Below, one piece after another: positions 19,069 to 30,890 of a stretch of DNA of 64,000 bases. The notes beneath the pieces were generated by a model, which worked only from the letters and a program-made list of their open reading frames with translations, was not told the DNA's origin and ran no database searches. The stretch lies in the NCBI GenBank assembly GCA_965277715.1, contig OZ255836.1, positions 2,560,001-2,624,000 on the forward strand. Direction: 5' to 3'. This stretch comes from Gammaproteobacteria bacterium (lineage in GTDB: Bacteria > Pseudomonadota > Gammaproteobacteria > JBCCGL01). A program made the translations under genes and the position numbers. Position 1 is the stretch's first letter; each line of letters opens with the position of its first letter.

Positions 19069-20001
19069 ACGGTTTGTCTTTGAGCGAATCGCAAGAATCC
19101 CCGCAAATACGATTAGGCACATGCCAGCCGCGCCAATGGCATTTGGAATCTCTTGAAACAAGATTATTCCCCAAAAAACGGCAAACGCCACGTAAGCAAA
19201 ATCAAACGTCGCGATTGTGGCGGGCGTGCCATTTTGGTAGGCATACGCGGCCCCTACACTCCCTATCAATATTGCCACCGAGAGAACACCAATCACCACC
19301 CACCCCTCAATGCCCATCGCTGACCAGGGACCGATAAGGAACTTCTGCCCTCCAGCCACCTCTGGATTTTGCTGAACCAACATCAGCGCCAGGGTAGCTA
19401 CTGCACCAGTGAATAACATTGTGAGGTTCAGCCAGAGAGAAAGCACGAGGACATTCTCCGATTTGCAACGGGATCGGGTGAGTATCATGGCCAGGGCATA
19501 CAAAATAGCGGACAAAACGGGAAGAACGGCATACCAGTTGAAATCATCGATTCGCGGCTGAAGCACCATAAAAACGCCAACAAACCCAAGCGCGATTGCC
19601 AGCCATCCAGATCTGCCGATAGTGTCACCAAGAAACACGGCGGCGAAGAGCGTGATGAACAGCGGTAGCGTGTAGTATGCCGCTGCCGCTACAGATAAAT
19701 TAATGTGAGGAAGTGCGGCATAATAGGCAACCCACATTAGCGTCAGCATCACACTTCGCAACACCGTCCACCAAAAATACTGGGGTCGGACTGATGCTTG
19801 CCATCGACTGGATTTGAGTGTCACAACGAGAATAGGCACAACGATCACAGAGCGCAGAAAGAAAATTTGCCAGAGTGTAAAATTGGCACTGGCTCCCTTA
19901 ATAATTGCATCCCCAAACGCCAGTGCGAGCACAGTAAAGATAATCACAACAACTGCGGAACGCGTCCTATCTGGTGCCTGCCTTGTTTCAGTATTCATCA
20001 T
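19066..20001 (-). CDS. DMT/EamA family transporter
   Basis: About 10 TM segments; QIFFLRS, PLFITLFA..FLGD and FDFAYVAFA motifs. Confidence 0.88.
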   Translation of the reverse strand: MMNTETRQAPDRTRSAVVVIIFTVLALAFGDAIIKGASANFTLWQIFFLRSVIVVPILVVTLKSSRWQASVRPQYFWWTVLRSVMLTLMWVAYYAALPHINLSVAAAAYYTLPLFITLFAAVFLGDTIGRSGWLAIALGFVGVFMVLQPRIDDFNWYAVLPVLSAILYALAMILTRSRCKSENVLVLSLWLNLTMLFTGAVATLALMLVQQNPEVAGGQKFLIGPWSAMGIEGWVVIGVLSVAILIGSVGAAYAYQNGTPATIATFDFAYVAFAVFWGIILFQEIPNAIGAAGMCLIVFAGILAIRSKTNR

Positions 20002-20115
20002 AAATGCTTGTTATCAGCTCGTAAAAAACAGTGCAAACATTAAAAAGTAATATTTGTAACTTATGGCGGCTTGCGTGCACGTTCCTAAAAGGCACACGAA
20101 GCCCTGTAGGCCAAT

Positions 20116-21036
20116 TCACTCCCGATCTTTCTCACGCTGTCGCGCCAAGGCCTCACGGTGCAATAAATACAAACCACTCACCACAATAATCAACATGCCG
20201 GAAAACGTCGCAATACTGGGAATATCACCCCACACCAAAAACCCTAAGACCACTGCCCATACCATCGCCGAGTATTCATAGGGCGCAATAGCACCCACCG
20301 GTGCCAGGCTAAACGCATGAGTGAGCGCAAAGTGCCCCAATAGTGCCAGCGCGGCGAATACCATCATAAACAACAGAATATCAGCGGGCATCGCCTGCCA
20401 CTGCCAGGGCAGCGTTGCACTGCATAACACCAGCACGACCAGGTTGTAGTAAAACACCAGTGAAAAAGTCGACTCGGTGCGTGAAAGCCAGCGCCCACTC
20501 AGTATAAAAATGGAATAGGCGATGCTGGCCAGCAATACGTAAATGGTTTCGATACGAAATGTATCCACCCCCGGCTGGGTGATGATCAATACACCGATAA
20601 ACCCCACGACGACACTACCCCAGCGGTGTTTGCCAACCTGCTCGCCCAACCACAGGGCTGACAGTGCGGTCATAATAAACGTGGAGCTGAAAAATAACGC
20701 CACGGCGTCGGCCAGCGGCAGGCTTTTCAGTGAATAAAAAAATAAGAGCGGCGCGCAAACGCCAATCACGCCACGGGTGAGATGAGCGGGCAGGCGCTGT
20801 GTGCGGATAGCGCTAAAGCCACCCTGCCAATAAGACATAAGCAAGAACACTGGCATACTGATCCAGCTACGCACCGCGAGCAATTGCAGGGGGGAATAGG
20901 TGCCGGTGACCAACCATTTGACCAGCGCATCCATCACCGACAGGGCAAACACACCGACGGTAATAAGCAATATGCCGGTGAGTACCGGGTTGCGGGGTGA
21001 TTTTTTATTCGCTGCGAGTGGGTCCAGTTCTATCAC
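20116..21036 (-). CDS. DMT/EamA family transporter
   Basis: DALVK, LPLADA, LGEQVG..RW and APYEYS motifs. Confidence 0.9.
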   Translation of the reverse strand: MIELDPLAANKKSPRNPVLTGILLITVGVFALSVMDALVKWLVTGTYSPLQLLAVRSWISMPVFLLMSYWQGGFSAIRTQRLPAHLTRGVIGVCAPLLFFYSLKSLPLADAVALFFSSTFIMTALSALWLGEQVGKHRWGSVVVGFIGVLIITQPGVDTFRIETIYVLLASIAYSIFILSGRWLSRTESTFSLVFYYNLVVLVLCSATLPWQWQAMPADILLFMMVFAALALLGHFALTHAFSLAPVGAIAPYEYSAMVWAVVLGFLVWGDIPSIATFSGMLIIVVSGLYLLHREALARQREKDRE

Positions 21037-21849
21037 TTAGCGCAGCACCTGGATAACTGGGCGCGTGTCCGGGTGCTGTCCACGCCATAAATAAAATGCC
21101 GCCGCCGCCTGCTCGACCAACATGCCAAGCCCGTCGAGCGCCAGGCGTGCCCCGGCGCGCTCACCCCACTGTACAAACGCGGTGGGGGTGTGGCTGTACA
21201 CCATATCGTAAGTGACACCACCCTGGCATAACAGACTGGCCGCGATGGGCGGCACATCACCCTGAAGACCTGCCGATGTGCCGTTGATGATCAAATCGAA
21301 CGGCGGTTTTTCCAGCTCATCAAAACCGCACCCCTGAATAACACCCAGATCGGCAAAGTCGTCTGCCAATGCGTGCGCCTTGCCTGGGGTGCGGTTGGCG
21401 ATTACTACACAAGCGGGGTTTTCTGCCAGCAACGGCGCCAGTACCCCACGCACCGCACCACCGGCACCTAATACCAGCACGCGTTTTTGTAACAGGGTCA
21501 CCGCGTGATTTTGCACCAGGTCAGCCAGCAGGCCCACGCCGTCGGTGTTATCGCCATAGCATGAGCCGTTTTCTTTTATCATAAGCGTATTAACCGCCCC
21601 CGCCCGCGTTGCCCGCCCGCTCATCGCATCACAGTATAGAAAAGCATCCTGCTTAAACGGTACGGTGACATTGGCACCGCGAACACCGCTCTCAACCAGC
21701 CCGGTAAATGCGCTGGCAAATTCACCCAAAGGCGCCTGAAACCGTTCGTAGCACATTGTTTGATCGGTTTGTTGGGCAAACTGGTGGTGAATCTCAGGGG
21801 ATTTACTGTGCGCAATGGGATTGCCGATAACGTAGTATTGATCTGTCAT
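21037..21849 (-). CDS. aroE: Shikimate dehydrogenase
   Basis: HSKSPEIH, NVTVPFK, GAVNT, NTDG, GAGGA and DGLGMLVEQA motifs. Confidence 0.96.
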   Translation of the reverse strand: MTDQYYVIGNPIAHSKSPEIHHQFAQQTDQTMCYERFQAPLGEFASAFTGLVESGVRGANVTVPFKQDAFLYCDAMSGRATRAGAVNTLMIKENGSCYGDNTDGVGLLADLVQNHAVTLLQKRVLVLGAGGAVRGVLAPLLAENPACVVIANRTPGKAHALADDFADLGVIQGCGFDELEKPPFDLIINGTSAGLQGDVPPIAASLLCQGGVTYDMVYSHTPTAFVQWGERAGARLALDGLGMLVEQAAAAFYLWRGQHPDTRPVIQVLR

Positions 21850-21939
21850 AGTAATCTGTAGTGAAAATTGAGAGGAGCGACGGGGTACTGGTGAAGTTAA
21901 TCACACGGGCGCTGATTAATTTAGGATAATACACCATAA

Positions 21940-22986
<1,047 letters not shown>

Positions 22987-23002
22987 GCCGACCTGTGTCG
23001 CC

Positions 23003-24145
23003 CTATTTTACGTCACGATAACGCATGATATGTCCGTCGATGGCCGCCAACCCCGCATCCAGCCCGGTGCGGCCAAAGCCGAGGCGAAAACGATCGGTGG
23101 GGGTTGCACCAAGATCTGAACGGTAAATGGTGCTGGGTAATAACAAAACACCGCTCTTCTCTACCAGAGACCGTGTAAATTGTTCAACACCTTCAGCCCC
23201 TTTATAGCGTGGGAAGGCCATGCAGGAACCCGCAGGCCGTTGCCAGTCAAATAAGTCGGGGTAGCGGGCAAAAAACGCATCCCACTTGGGCAGGTTTTCA
23301 TCGACAATCGCGCAGCTTCGTGCCAGCAGTGTTGCACGATTGTTTAGCGCGATTTTTGTGAGCCTTTCACTCGGGCCGGCGCTGCATATCGACAGGTAGT
23401 GCTTCATGCGTTCCATCTTTGCAATGACATCGCGATCCTTGCAGGCGATCCAGCCTATTCGAAGCCCGGGCAGGCCGTAGGATTTTGACATGACATTAAG
23501 CGATAAACCCCGCTCATAAATATCGGCGATAAACGGCAGGTGTTTTGTGCCCGTTGGACCTAAGCCATTGAATATTTCGTCATGCAGGATGTAGATGCCG
23601 TGCTTTCGGCATAAATCGACCAGCGCGTGGTAGCGGTCAAGCGACAAAATTGCACCGGTTGGGTTGTGTGGAAAGTTGATGGTGACCAGTTTTGTATTCG
23701 CTCTTATGGCAGCGGCTACCTGGTCGATATCCAGCGACCAGTTATCGTCTGGGTTTAAAGGCACCCCTGTCGCCTCGCAGATCGCCACAGGTAATGTCTC
23801 GTGAGACTGGTAGTTGGGTGTCACGACAATGGCGTGGCTGTCCTTTTCCAGGAGGACGGTATTGGCCGCAAAAATACCTTCACTGGCACCTGCAAAGCAC
23901 AGAATATCGTCGACAGTGCGGTGTTTATAGGTGGAGGCAATGGTTTCACGCAGGTCTAAGGCACCAAACGTTTCGGTATAGCCAAGCCACATATTGTCGA
24001 ATTCTGCGCGCTCTTCGGGGGTCGCCATTGCCAGCAGATCGCGCATCGTCATGCTCTCTGCATCGGAGGCTGTCATGTGGTGGCGCGCCTTAAATTCCCA
24101 TTTTGAGAAATGGGTTTCGAGTTTAAATTCGGGTAATGTTGTCAT
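23003..24145 (-). CDS. PLP-dependent aminotransferase class I/II fold enzyme
   Basis: NFPHNPTG, HDEI and MSKSYGLPGLRIGW motifs. Confidence 0.9.
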   Translation of the reverse strand: MTTLPEFKLETHFSKWEFKARHHMTASDAESMTMRDLLAMATPEERAEFDNMWLGYTETFGALDLRETIASTYKHRTVDDILCFAGASEGIFAANTVLLEKDSHAIVVTPNYQSHETLPVAICEATGVPLNPDDNWSLDIDQVAAAIRANTKLVTINFPHNPTGAILSLDRYHALVDLCRKHGIYILHDEIFNGLGPTGTKHLPFIADIYERGLSLNVMSKSYGLPGLRIGWIACKDRDVIAKMERMKHYLSICSAGPSERLTKIALNNRATLLARSCAIVDENLPKWDAFFARYPDLFDWQRPAGSCMAFPRYKGAEGVEQFTRSLVEKSGVLLLPSTIYRSDLGATPTDRFRLGFGRTGLDAGLAAIDGHIMRYRDVK

Positions 24146-24372
24146 ACGAGTGTTTTCTGGTAGCGGTGAGTGGTGCCTTGGGCAATTGCTGACAAGGTAT
24201 CTCCCTGCGCAGACGCTTTGAACAAGCCAAAGCTGGCAGTAATGTCATCTTTAACAGACCCCAGCGTTGTCTTGTTCCCGTTAGGGTCAAAGTGGGCTTG
24301 GTTATCTTCTGTAAGCTCCGATGCCTTGTGGATCGACGCCGGGAGGGTGATTTGCCCATTAGCGGTGTGCAT
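24142..24372 (-). pseudogene. Degenerate orphan AbrB-type antitoxin
   Basis: TANGQITLPASI...ITASFGLFK...AIAQG resembles AbrB/VapB antitoxins but has substitutions. No toxin gene follows. Confidence 0.5.
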
Positions 24373-24456
24373 GAAGGAATACCAATATAAAAAAGTGTAT
24401 TAGAATCGTTGAACAGTAATACCATAGAACAGCAAGGTCTACCTATTCATCACCTA

Positions 24457-27400
24457 TTACCCCGCACTTTTCCCTTCCATACTTTGCTCTAGATCCAATA
24501 ACAAATCCTCAATTCGCTCGCGGTAACCTCGCTCGTCATGCCACAAATCCCGCTGTATGGCCTCTAGCAAGCGCTCCCCCATTTCACGCAGGGCATCGGG
24601 GTTGTGTTGTTCGAGGAAGGCGCGGGACTGTGCGTCAAATAAATAGGCATCGCTGACCATTTCGTATTGGTAGCCCTCGACCAGTTGTGTGGTGGCATCG
24701 TAGGCAAACAGATAGTCGACGGTGGCGGCCATTTCAAATGCGCCTTTGTAGCCGTGCTGTTGAATGGATGCCAGCCATTTGGGGTTGACTACCCGTGAGC
24801 GAATAACGCGTTGCAGTTCCTCTTTCAGGGTGCGAATTTTTGGTGCGGCCGGGTTGGCGTGGTCGCCCAGGTAAGTGACAGGCGCAGCGCCGGAGGCGAC
24901 TTTAACGGCGTTGTGCAGGCCGCCCTGGAACTGGTAATAATCGTCTGAATCGAGGATGTCATGCTCCCGGTTGTCCTGGTTTTGCAGCACAACTTGCAGG
25001 CTGCCAAGGCGCTGCCCGAAAGTATCGTGCGCGGCTTCCCCCGCAGCCTGTTTACCGTAGGCGTAACCACTCCAGTTGCGGTAGGCGCGGGCCAGGTCGG
25101 CCTCGTCATCCCAGTTGCGCTCGTCGATCAGGCCTTGTAAACCGGCGCCATAAGCACCGGGCTTGGAGCCGAATACCCGCCAGCCTGCGTTGTGCCGGGC
25201 TATATCGGCGGGTACTCCCTGGGCTATTGCCTGCTGGGTCTCCTGTTGTATCCGGGCGCGCAGCGGGTTGATGGTGGCTGGTTCGTCCAGCTCGGCGACT
25301 GCCTGCACGGCGCTATCGAACAGGGTGACTACGTTGAAAAATGCATCGCGGAAGAAGCCGGAGATACGCAGCGTAACGTCGATGCGTGGCCGATCCAGCA
25401 GGCTCGCCGGGATGACTTCAAAGCCACTGACCCGCCCTGAACCAACCGCCCACACTGGCCGCACACCCAGTAGCGCCATCGCCTGGGCAATGTCGTCCCC
25501 CCCGGTGCGCATGGTGGCAGTGCCCCAGACAGACAGGCCGAGGGTTTGGGGGTAGTCGCCGTGGTCTTGCAGGTGGCGAACCAATAAAGCCTCTGCGGAC
25601 AGTCGGCCAAGCTGCCAGGCCGCAACGGTGGGGATGGCACGGGTGTCCACCGAGAAGAAGTTGCGCCCGGTGGGCAGCACATCGAGCCGCCCTCGGGTGG
25701 GCGCGCCGCTGGCACCGGGGGGGACAAACCGACCCGCCAGGCCGCGCAGGGTCTGGCGAATTTCCTCATCACCGCAGGCGTCCAGTTGCGGTGCGACGGT
25801 CTGTTTTAGCCCGGCGAGTACAGCGACTGTTTTTGGCAACCCATCGGGGCTGATCACTGCATCGATCAACTGTTTTGCCAGTTGCTCCAGCCGTTCCCGG
25901 GTGTCCCCAGTGCTGCGCCATACCTGTGAATCGAGCGTCGCCAACAAGGCGGGTTTAGTACCCCACCAGGGTGTGGCGGGGTCGTGTTCCAGTGGGTTGT
26001 AGCCCTCTGCGAGTTGCAGGTCGTCGGCGATGGCCTGCAGTAGGCTGGCATCGCTATCGCGCTCATTGCCACGCGGTAGACGCAGCATCGCGGCGAGGGT
26101 GTCGGTACGTGCTTCGCCCTGTGGTGAGCGGCCAAATATGTGCAGGCCGCTGCGAATTTGCGATTCTTTCAGCTCGCACAAATAGGCGTCGAGCCTGACC
26201 AGGGTAGTGGTATCGTCACTCCTGTCATCAACCCCCAGCTCGGTGTGGAGCTGGCTTTCACGGGTGCGACTGATGATTTGCTGTTGCAGGTAATCGGCGC
26301 GGCGTTTATCCAGGCCCAGCGCCTGGTAGTACTCATCCAGCAGGGCTTCAATAGCCTGTAACTCACCGTAAGTTTCCGCCCGTGTCATTGCCGGTGTTAA
26401 GTGGTCGATGATCACCGCCTGGGCGCGGCGTTTGGCCTGCGCACCCTCGCCGGGATCATTGACGATAAACGGATACAGATGTGGCATGGGGCCAAGGGCT
26501 ATTTCTGGCCAGCAGTGTTTTGACAGGGCCAGCCCTTTGCCCGGCAGCCATTCGAGGTTACCGTGTTTGCCAACGTGCACAATAGCGTCACTGGCCCAGT
26601 GTTCACGCAGCCAAAAGTAAAACGCCAGGTAGGCGTGCGGGGGCACCAGATCCGGGTCGTGGTAGCTGGCGGAGACATCGATATTGTAGCCACGCGTCGG
26701 CTGGATGCCGATAAAGACATTGCCGCAACGCAGGCCCGGTATCATGATTCGCCCATCGCGTACCTTGGGGTCGCTGGCGGGTTCACCCCAGCGTGCCAGC
26801 ACGGCCCGCCGGTTTTCTTCTGGCAAACAGGCGAAGTAATCACTGTAGTCATCCAGCGATAGGCTTTGCAGGGCGGGGCGGGCGTCTTGGGTGTCGATGT
26901 TATTGGTGACCGAGGCCAGCAGTGCGCGCACGAGTGCACTGCCGTCTTCGACCAGGTTTTCAACCAGGCCTTCAGCCTCGACGCCAAGCTGACCATCGAT
27001 GGGCTTTCCCAGGGTGTAACCGCCTTCACGCAGCGCCTGTAAGAGTGCAATTATCGAAGCGGGGGTATCCAGCCCCACACCGTTGCCGAGTCGACCATCT
27101 TTGCCGGGGTAGTTGGCGAGCAGCAGCGCGATGCGTTTTTCGGCGTTATCACGCTGCGCGAGGCGCGCCCAGCGTGCGGTTAGCTCGGCGACAAAAGCGG
27201 CACGATCCGGTTGTAAAACATAGGCGACCACGTCGGTTTCGCTACGCCCGGCCCGGCGTACAAAGCCCTTAAAACTCACCGCACGGGTGATGATACGGCC
27301 ATCCATCTCGGGCAGCGCGACATTCATCGCCATATCTGCCGCCCGCAGGCCACCGCTGTTTTCCTGCCAATCTTCAACGCTGCTACCCGCCAACATGACC

Positions 27401-28341
27401 TGCAAAACCGGCACATCAGCGGAGAAGGTGGCACGGTTTCCTTGGTCATTGGCCGACGCTATAGCAAAGCCGGTGGTGTTCAGGATGACACTCACGCCGG
27501 CCTGCTCACAAAGTTGATTGACCACTTGCATACAATGCGCATCCTTGAGTGACGCCGTGGCGATGGGAAGTGGGTTAATCCCCGCCACTTGCAAGGCTTC
27601 GATCAGTCCATCCATCGCCTGTGTGTTGAGTGACTGCAAATGCGCCCGGTAAAAAATCAGCGCGGCGACGGGCGCGTTTGCCCGTCCTGCATCTACCGCT
27701 GCATCTACCTGTCTCGCACCTACCTGCCCGGCATTTACCTGCCAGTCCTGTTGCCAGCGGGATAGATCGGCATCGCCGGTCTGGGGGTGGTAGAGCTGGG
27801 TGCGGGGCAGTGGGCGCGGGGGTGCGGCTTCTGTCCCGGTTGAACAGACAGTGGGGAAAAAATGCTGCGCGATAAAAGTAAAGAGATTGACCACGTTGCG
27901 CGGGCCACCTTCACGGATATAGCGCCATATTGGCTCCGCAAAACCGGGCTTAACGTTACCGGCTGCCAGCAGGCTGGCATCGGGCTGGTCATCACCCGGC
28001 ATCAACACCAGCTCAATTTTCCCGGCCTGTGACAGGGCCAATAACTGCTCGCTTTGGTAGCGCCAATACGCCCGGCCACCGAGCAGCGAGACGATTACTA
28101 ACGTGGCGTGGCGGATCACCTCATCCACGTATAAATCCATCGCGGCGGGCTGTTTCAGGTACACAAGGTTCGCCAGGCGCACACGCGGATAATCTGCCGG
28201 GAGTGTTTCAACACAGTTGGCGAGCAGTGCGAGGTCGGTATCCTGGGCGGAGAGAAAGACAATATCCCCCGGTGTCTGGCCGAGTGAGACGATGCCCTCC
28301 TCTTCGGCGTTGCCACCGGGGGTGGCGGCTAATAAGTGCAT
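24457..28341 (-). CDS. cobN: Cobaltochelatase subunit CobN
   Basis: MHLLAATPG start, GKHGNLEWLPGK, DPGEGAQAKRR, LPTGRNF and EHDILDSDDYYQF motifs. Confidence 0.96.
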   Translation of the reverse strand: MHLLAATPGGNAEEEGIVSLGQTPGDIVFLSAQDTDLALLANCVETLPADYPRVRLANLVYLKQPAAMDLYVDEVIRHATLVIVSLLGGRAYWRYQSEQLLALSQAGKIELVLMPGDDQPDASLLAAGNVKPGFAEPIWRYIREGGPRNVVNLFTFIAQHFFPTVCSTGTEAAPPRPLPRTQLYHPQTGDADLSRWQQDWQVNAGQVGARQVDAAVDAGRANAPVAALIFYRAHLQSLNTQAMDGLIEALQVAGINPLPIATASLKDAHCMQVVNQLCEQAGVSVILNTTGFAIASANDQGNRATFSADVPVLQVMLAGSSVEDWQENSGGLRAADMAMNVALPEMDGRIITRAVSFKGFVRRAGRSETDVVAYVLQPDRAAFVAELTARWARLAQRDNAEKRIALLLANYPGKDGRLGNGVGLDTPASIIALLQALREGGYTLGKPIDGQLGVEAEGLVENLVEDGSALVRALLASVTNNIDTQDARPALQSLSLDDYSDYFACLPEENRRAVLARWGEPASDPKVRDGRIMIPGLRCGNVFIGIQPTRGYNIDVSASYHDPDLVPPHAYLAFYFWLREHWASDAIVHVGKHGNLEWLPGKGLALSKHCWPEIALGPMPHLYPFIVNDPGEGAQAKRRAQAVIIDHLTPAMTRAETYGELQAIEALLDEYYQALGLDKRRADYLQQQIISRTRESQLHTELGVDDRSDDTTTLVRLDAYLCELKESQIRSGLHIFGRSPQGEARTDTLAAMLRLPRGNERDSDASLLQAIADDLQLAEGYNPLEHDPATPWWGTKPALLATLDSQVWRSTGDTRERLEQLAKQLIDAVISPDGLPKTVAVLAGLKQTVAPQLDACGDEEIRQTLRGLAGRFVPPGASGAPTRGRLDVLPTGRNFFSVDTRAIPTVAAWQLGRLSAEALLVRHLQDHGDYPQTLGLSVWGTATMRTGGDDIAQAMALLGVRPVWAVGSGRVSGFEVIPASLLDRPRIDVTLRISGFFRDAFFNVVTLFDSAVQAVAELDEPATINPLRARIQQETQQAIAQGVPADIARHNAGWRVFGSKPGAYGAGLQGLIDERNWDDEADLARAYRNWSGYAYGKQAAGEAAHDTFGQRLGSLQVVLQNQDNREHDILDSDDYYQFQGGLHNAVKVASGAAPVTYLGDHANPAAPKIRTLKEELQRVIRSRVVNPKWLASIQQHGYKGAFEMAATVDYLFAYDATTQLVEGYQYEMVSDAYLFDAQSRAFLEQHNPDALREMGERLLEAIQRDLWHDERGYRERIEDLLLDLEQSMEGKSAG

Positions 28342-28404
28342 AGTGGAGTGTGTGCCATGAGTGTTTGCGTACGGGGAAAAGCCGTGATAACTGTTTATTT
28401 CAAA

Positions 28405-28440
28405 CACAAAAAAGCCGACATAAACGTCGGCTTTTTTGTG
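28405..28440 (-). terminator. Rho-independent terminator after rpsT
   Basis: CACAAAAAAGCCGAC-ATAAAC-GTCGGCTTTTTTGTG perfect hairpin with A/T tracts. Confidence 0.88.
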
Positions 28441-28456
28441 TAGTGTTTACGCTGCG

Positions 28457-28717
28457 TCACATCGCGTGCAGTTGCGTATTCAATCGGCTTTTATGGCGTG
28501 CCGCTTTATTCTTGTGGATTAGTCCCTTGCGTGACATACCATCGATAATCGGTACAGCCGCTTTATACGCTGCTGCCGCTTCTTCTTTGTTGTTAGCTTC
28601 GATAGCGTAACCAACTTTTTTAATCGCCGTTCGCAGCATTGACCGCAGGCTGGCGTTGTGCTGGCGGCTTTTTTCGGCCTGTTTGGCGCGTTTTCTGGCT
28701 TGGGGGGAGTTTGCCAC
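28457..28717 (-). CDS. rpsT: 30S ribosomal protein S20
   Basis: GTG start [10 protein letters not shown]...[22 protein letters not shown]. Confidence 0.97.
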   Translation of the reverse strand: MANSPQARKRAKQAEKSRQHNASLRSMLRTAIKKVGYAIEANNKEEAAAAYKAAVPIIDGMSRKGLIHKNKAARHKSRLNTQLHAM

Positions 28718-29022
28718 GCTACACGTCTCCTGTAGTGGGGTTAAATTTGGAAAGCCGCGCATTATCTTTTTACTGGGGCGGCGTGTCAATCATACATTGT
28801 AGTATTTTTTAGTGCTCTTGTGCCATAGACACCCAATTGCGGTAGTGTTTGGTCATTGCAGGCAGCAAGGGGGCATATTGTTGCCAACTGTTGCGATAGA
28901 GAGATTCACCAGAACGTCTGTAGTGGATAACATCACGACTGTGTTTGGGCTTGAAACGTGGCTATAGTGTATGTAACACCCAGTGCTGACATCAGCCTGC
29001 GATCACATAAGGAACGTTCAGA

Positions 29023-30105
29023 ATGAAATATAAAAAACGCTTATTCCTGTTATTTTCTATCCTTTTCACACCAATACTGGCGCTGTGCCTGTGGTGGTAC
29101 TGGCCCGGTGAGCAATCGCAGCCTTCTGAGAGCACACAATACGTCGACATGCACCTGCACACAGCGGGGCTGGGCTATGGCGGCAGTGGTGCATTTATCA
29201 GTCAAAGCATGCGGGACAGTTATAAGTTTCCCGTTTACCTGTGGGCGATGGACACCACTGAGGAAGCGCTTCGTGTGCACGGTGACGCTATCGTGATCAA
29301 AAAAATCGCTGCTAAAATTGCCCGGTCGCAGCGAGTGGCCAAAGGTGTCGTGTTGGCGTTGGATGGTGTCATTACTGACGGTGATCTCGACCCTTCACTG
29401 ACGCAGCTTTACGTACCGAACGCATTTATCGCCCGTGAAGTCGGCAAGTACGACAATCTGTTATACGGCGCGAGTATCAACCCCAAGCGACCAGACGCTA
29501 TCGAACGGCTCAGGCGCGCCAAACGCCAGGGTGCGGTGCTGGTGAAGTGGCTGCCCAATATCATGCACTTTGACCCCGGCGATCCGGCGTTCAGTGATTT
29601 TTATCGGGAAATGGTGCGCTTAAAGCTGCCGCTACTCAGCCATGCCGGGCAGGAACGCGCTTTTGCTGGCGCCATTGACCGCTACGGCGATCCCCGCAGG
29701 CTCAAGCTACCACTCGAACTGGGGGTTACCGTGATCGCGGCGCATATCGCCACTACCGGCGAGAGCGAAGGCGAGGGCAACTACCAACGCATCCAGTCGA
29801 TGTTCGCTGAATACCCCAATTTATATACGGATATCTCCAGCCTAACGCAGGCTAATAAACGCGGTTACCTGCGCGACGCGCTGGAAAATGGTGGCTTTGT
29901 TGATCGGCTCATCTACGGCACCGATTGGCCGCTGCAATTTTCGCTCCTGGTGTCACCCGTGTATCAACTTGACCACCTTACGCCTCAACAGGCCAAGGCA
30001 ATTGCCCGGATCGCCAATCAGTGGGATCGCGACGTAGCACTAAAGGAAGCGATGGGAGTGCCCAAGGTAGTGTTCGAGCGCAGCGCGGCAGTGCTCGGTT
30101 TGTGA
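29023..30105 (+). CDS. Amidohydrolase family 2 protein with N-terminal membrane anchor
   Basis: DMHLH, KWLP, LSHAG, AAH, DISS and YGTDWP motifs. Confidence 0.85.
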   Translation: MKYKKRLFLLFSILFTPILALCLWWYWPGEQSQPSESTQYVDMHLHTAGLGYGGSGAFISQSMRDSYKFPVYLWAMDTTEEALRVHGDAIVIKKIAAKIARSQRVAKGVVLALDGVITDGDLDPSLTQLYVPNAFIAREVGKYDNLLYGASINPKRPDAIERLRRAKRQGAVLVKWLPNIMHFDPGDPAFSDFYREMVRLKLPLLSHAGQERAFAGAIDRYGDPRRLKLPLELGVTVIAAHIATTGESEGEGNYQRIQSMFAEYPNLYTDISSLTQANKRGYLRDALENGGFVDRLIYGTDWPLQFSLLVSPVYQLDHLTPQQAKAIARIANQWDRDVALKEAMGVPKVVFERSAAVLGL

Positions 30106-30181
30106 GTCGGGGAATTAAGTGATATGTTGACAACAATATTAAAAATTAGTAGCTTGTGCACGACTATTAGGAAGAAAAATA

Positions 30182-30616
30182 ATGCGTTTCTCAACTGTTT
30201 TTATACTACTTATTGCGCTATGCACTACAGCTTGTACCACAATTCAAGTTACTCCTTTAGAGCCTTCTCTGGCAATATCGAAAGTCTGCATTGAAGTAAA
30301 TAGCAAAGTCATTGTCGGCGATTTTTTACCTGTTATTACCTCGGGGTTTAAAAGGCATGACATATCGACCGAAATCTACGCGAGCGTACCGGATGATGAA
30401 TGCGAAGTAATATTGACTTACACCGCATTGCAGTCTTGGGACCTTACACCCTTCCTGTCGCATGCAGAACTGTGGCTAAACGACAGAAGCGGCAATCAGA
30501 TTGCTTATGCTAAATTTCATTTGGAAGCTAAAGGTGGCTTTGATTTTTCTAAATGGGATAGCACTGAGGAGAAAATGAACCCCGTTATAGACCAGCTACT
30601 CGCAGGCTATAAGTAG
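30182..30616 (+). CDS. Small lipoprotein (Sbal_3080-like)
   Basis: Lipobox TTAC; VCIE.N.KV, LTYTALQSWD and KW.ST..KM.PVID.LL motifs. Confidence 0.7.
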   Translation: MRFSTVFILLIALCTTACTTIQVTPLEPSLAISKVCIEVNSKVIVGDFLPVITSGFKRHDISTEIYASVPDDECEVILTYTALQSWDLTPFLSHAELWLNDRSGNQIAYAKFHLEAKGGFDFSKWDSTEEKMNPVIDQLLAGYK

Positions 30617-30774
30617 CAACCTGATACCTCAATAAATGTATTTTTAACATGCTTTCCATATGAGTTTCATATTCAAATTTTTTATGTGGGAAAAGCCGGA
30701 AAATTTATAAACTTCAGTACGAGTGAATAGCAGTTTGGGCAAAAATCAAACAGTTTGAGTTGTTTGTGGTAGCT

Positions 30775-30890
30775 TAAGAACGTGCACAAAATAACTTCCG
30801 GGGTTTGCAGATATATCGATTTACCTTATAGCTGAGTTGACTGAGTGTGTCATTAACACATAGCGCATTATTTAAATAACATTAAAGAAC
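30775..30890 (+). mobile_element. MITE family B, copy 2 (right end missing)
   Basis: TAAGAACGTGCACAAAATAACTTCCGGG...TTACCTTATAGCTGAGTTG aligns with the other copies. Abuts the intron fragment. Confidence 0.75.

Noticed and set aside
28342-28456. Cobalamin riboswitch upstream of cobN
   Set aside because: The space is short and occupied by the rpsT terminator; no B12 box seen.
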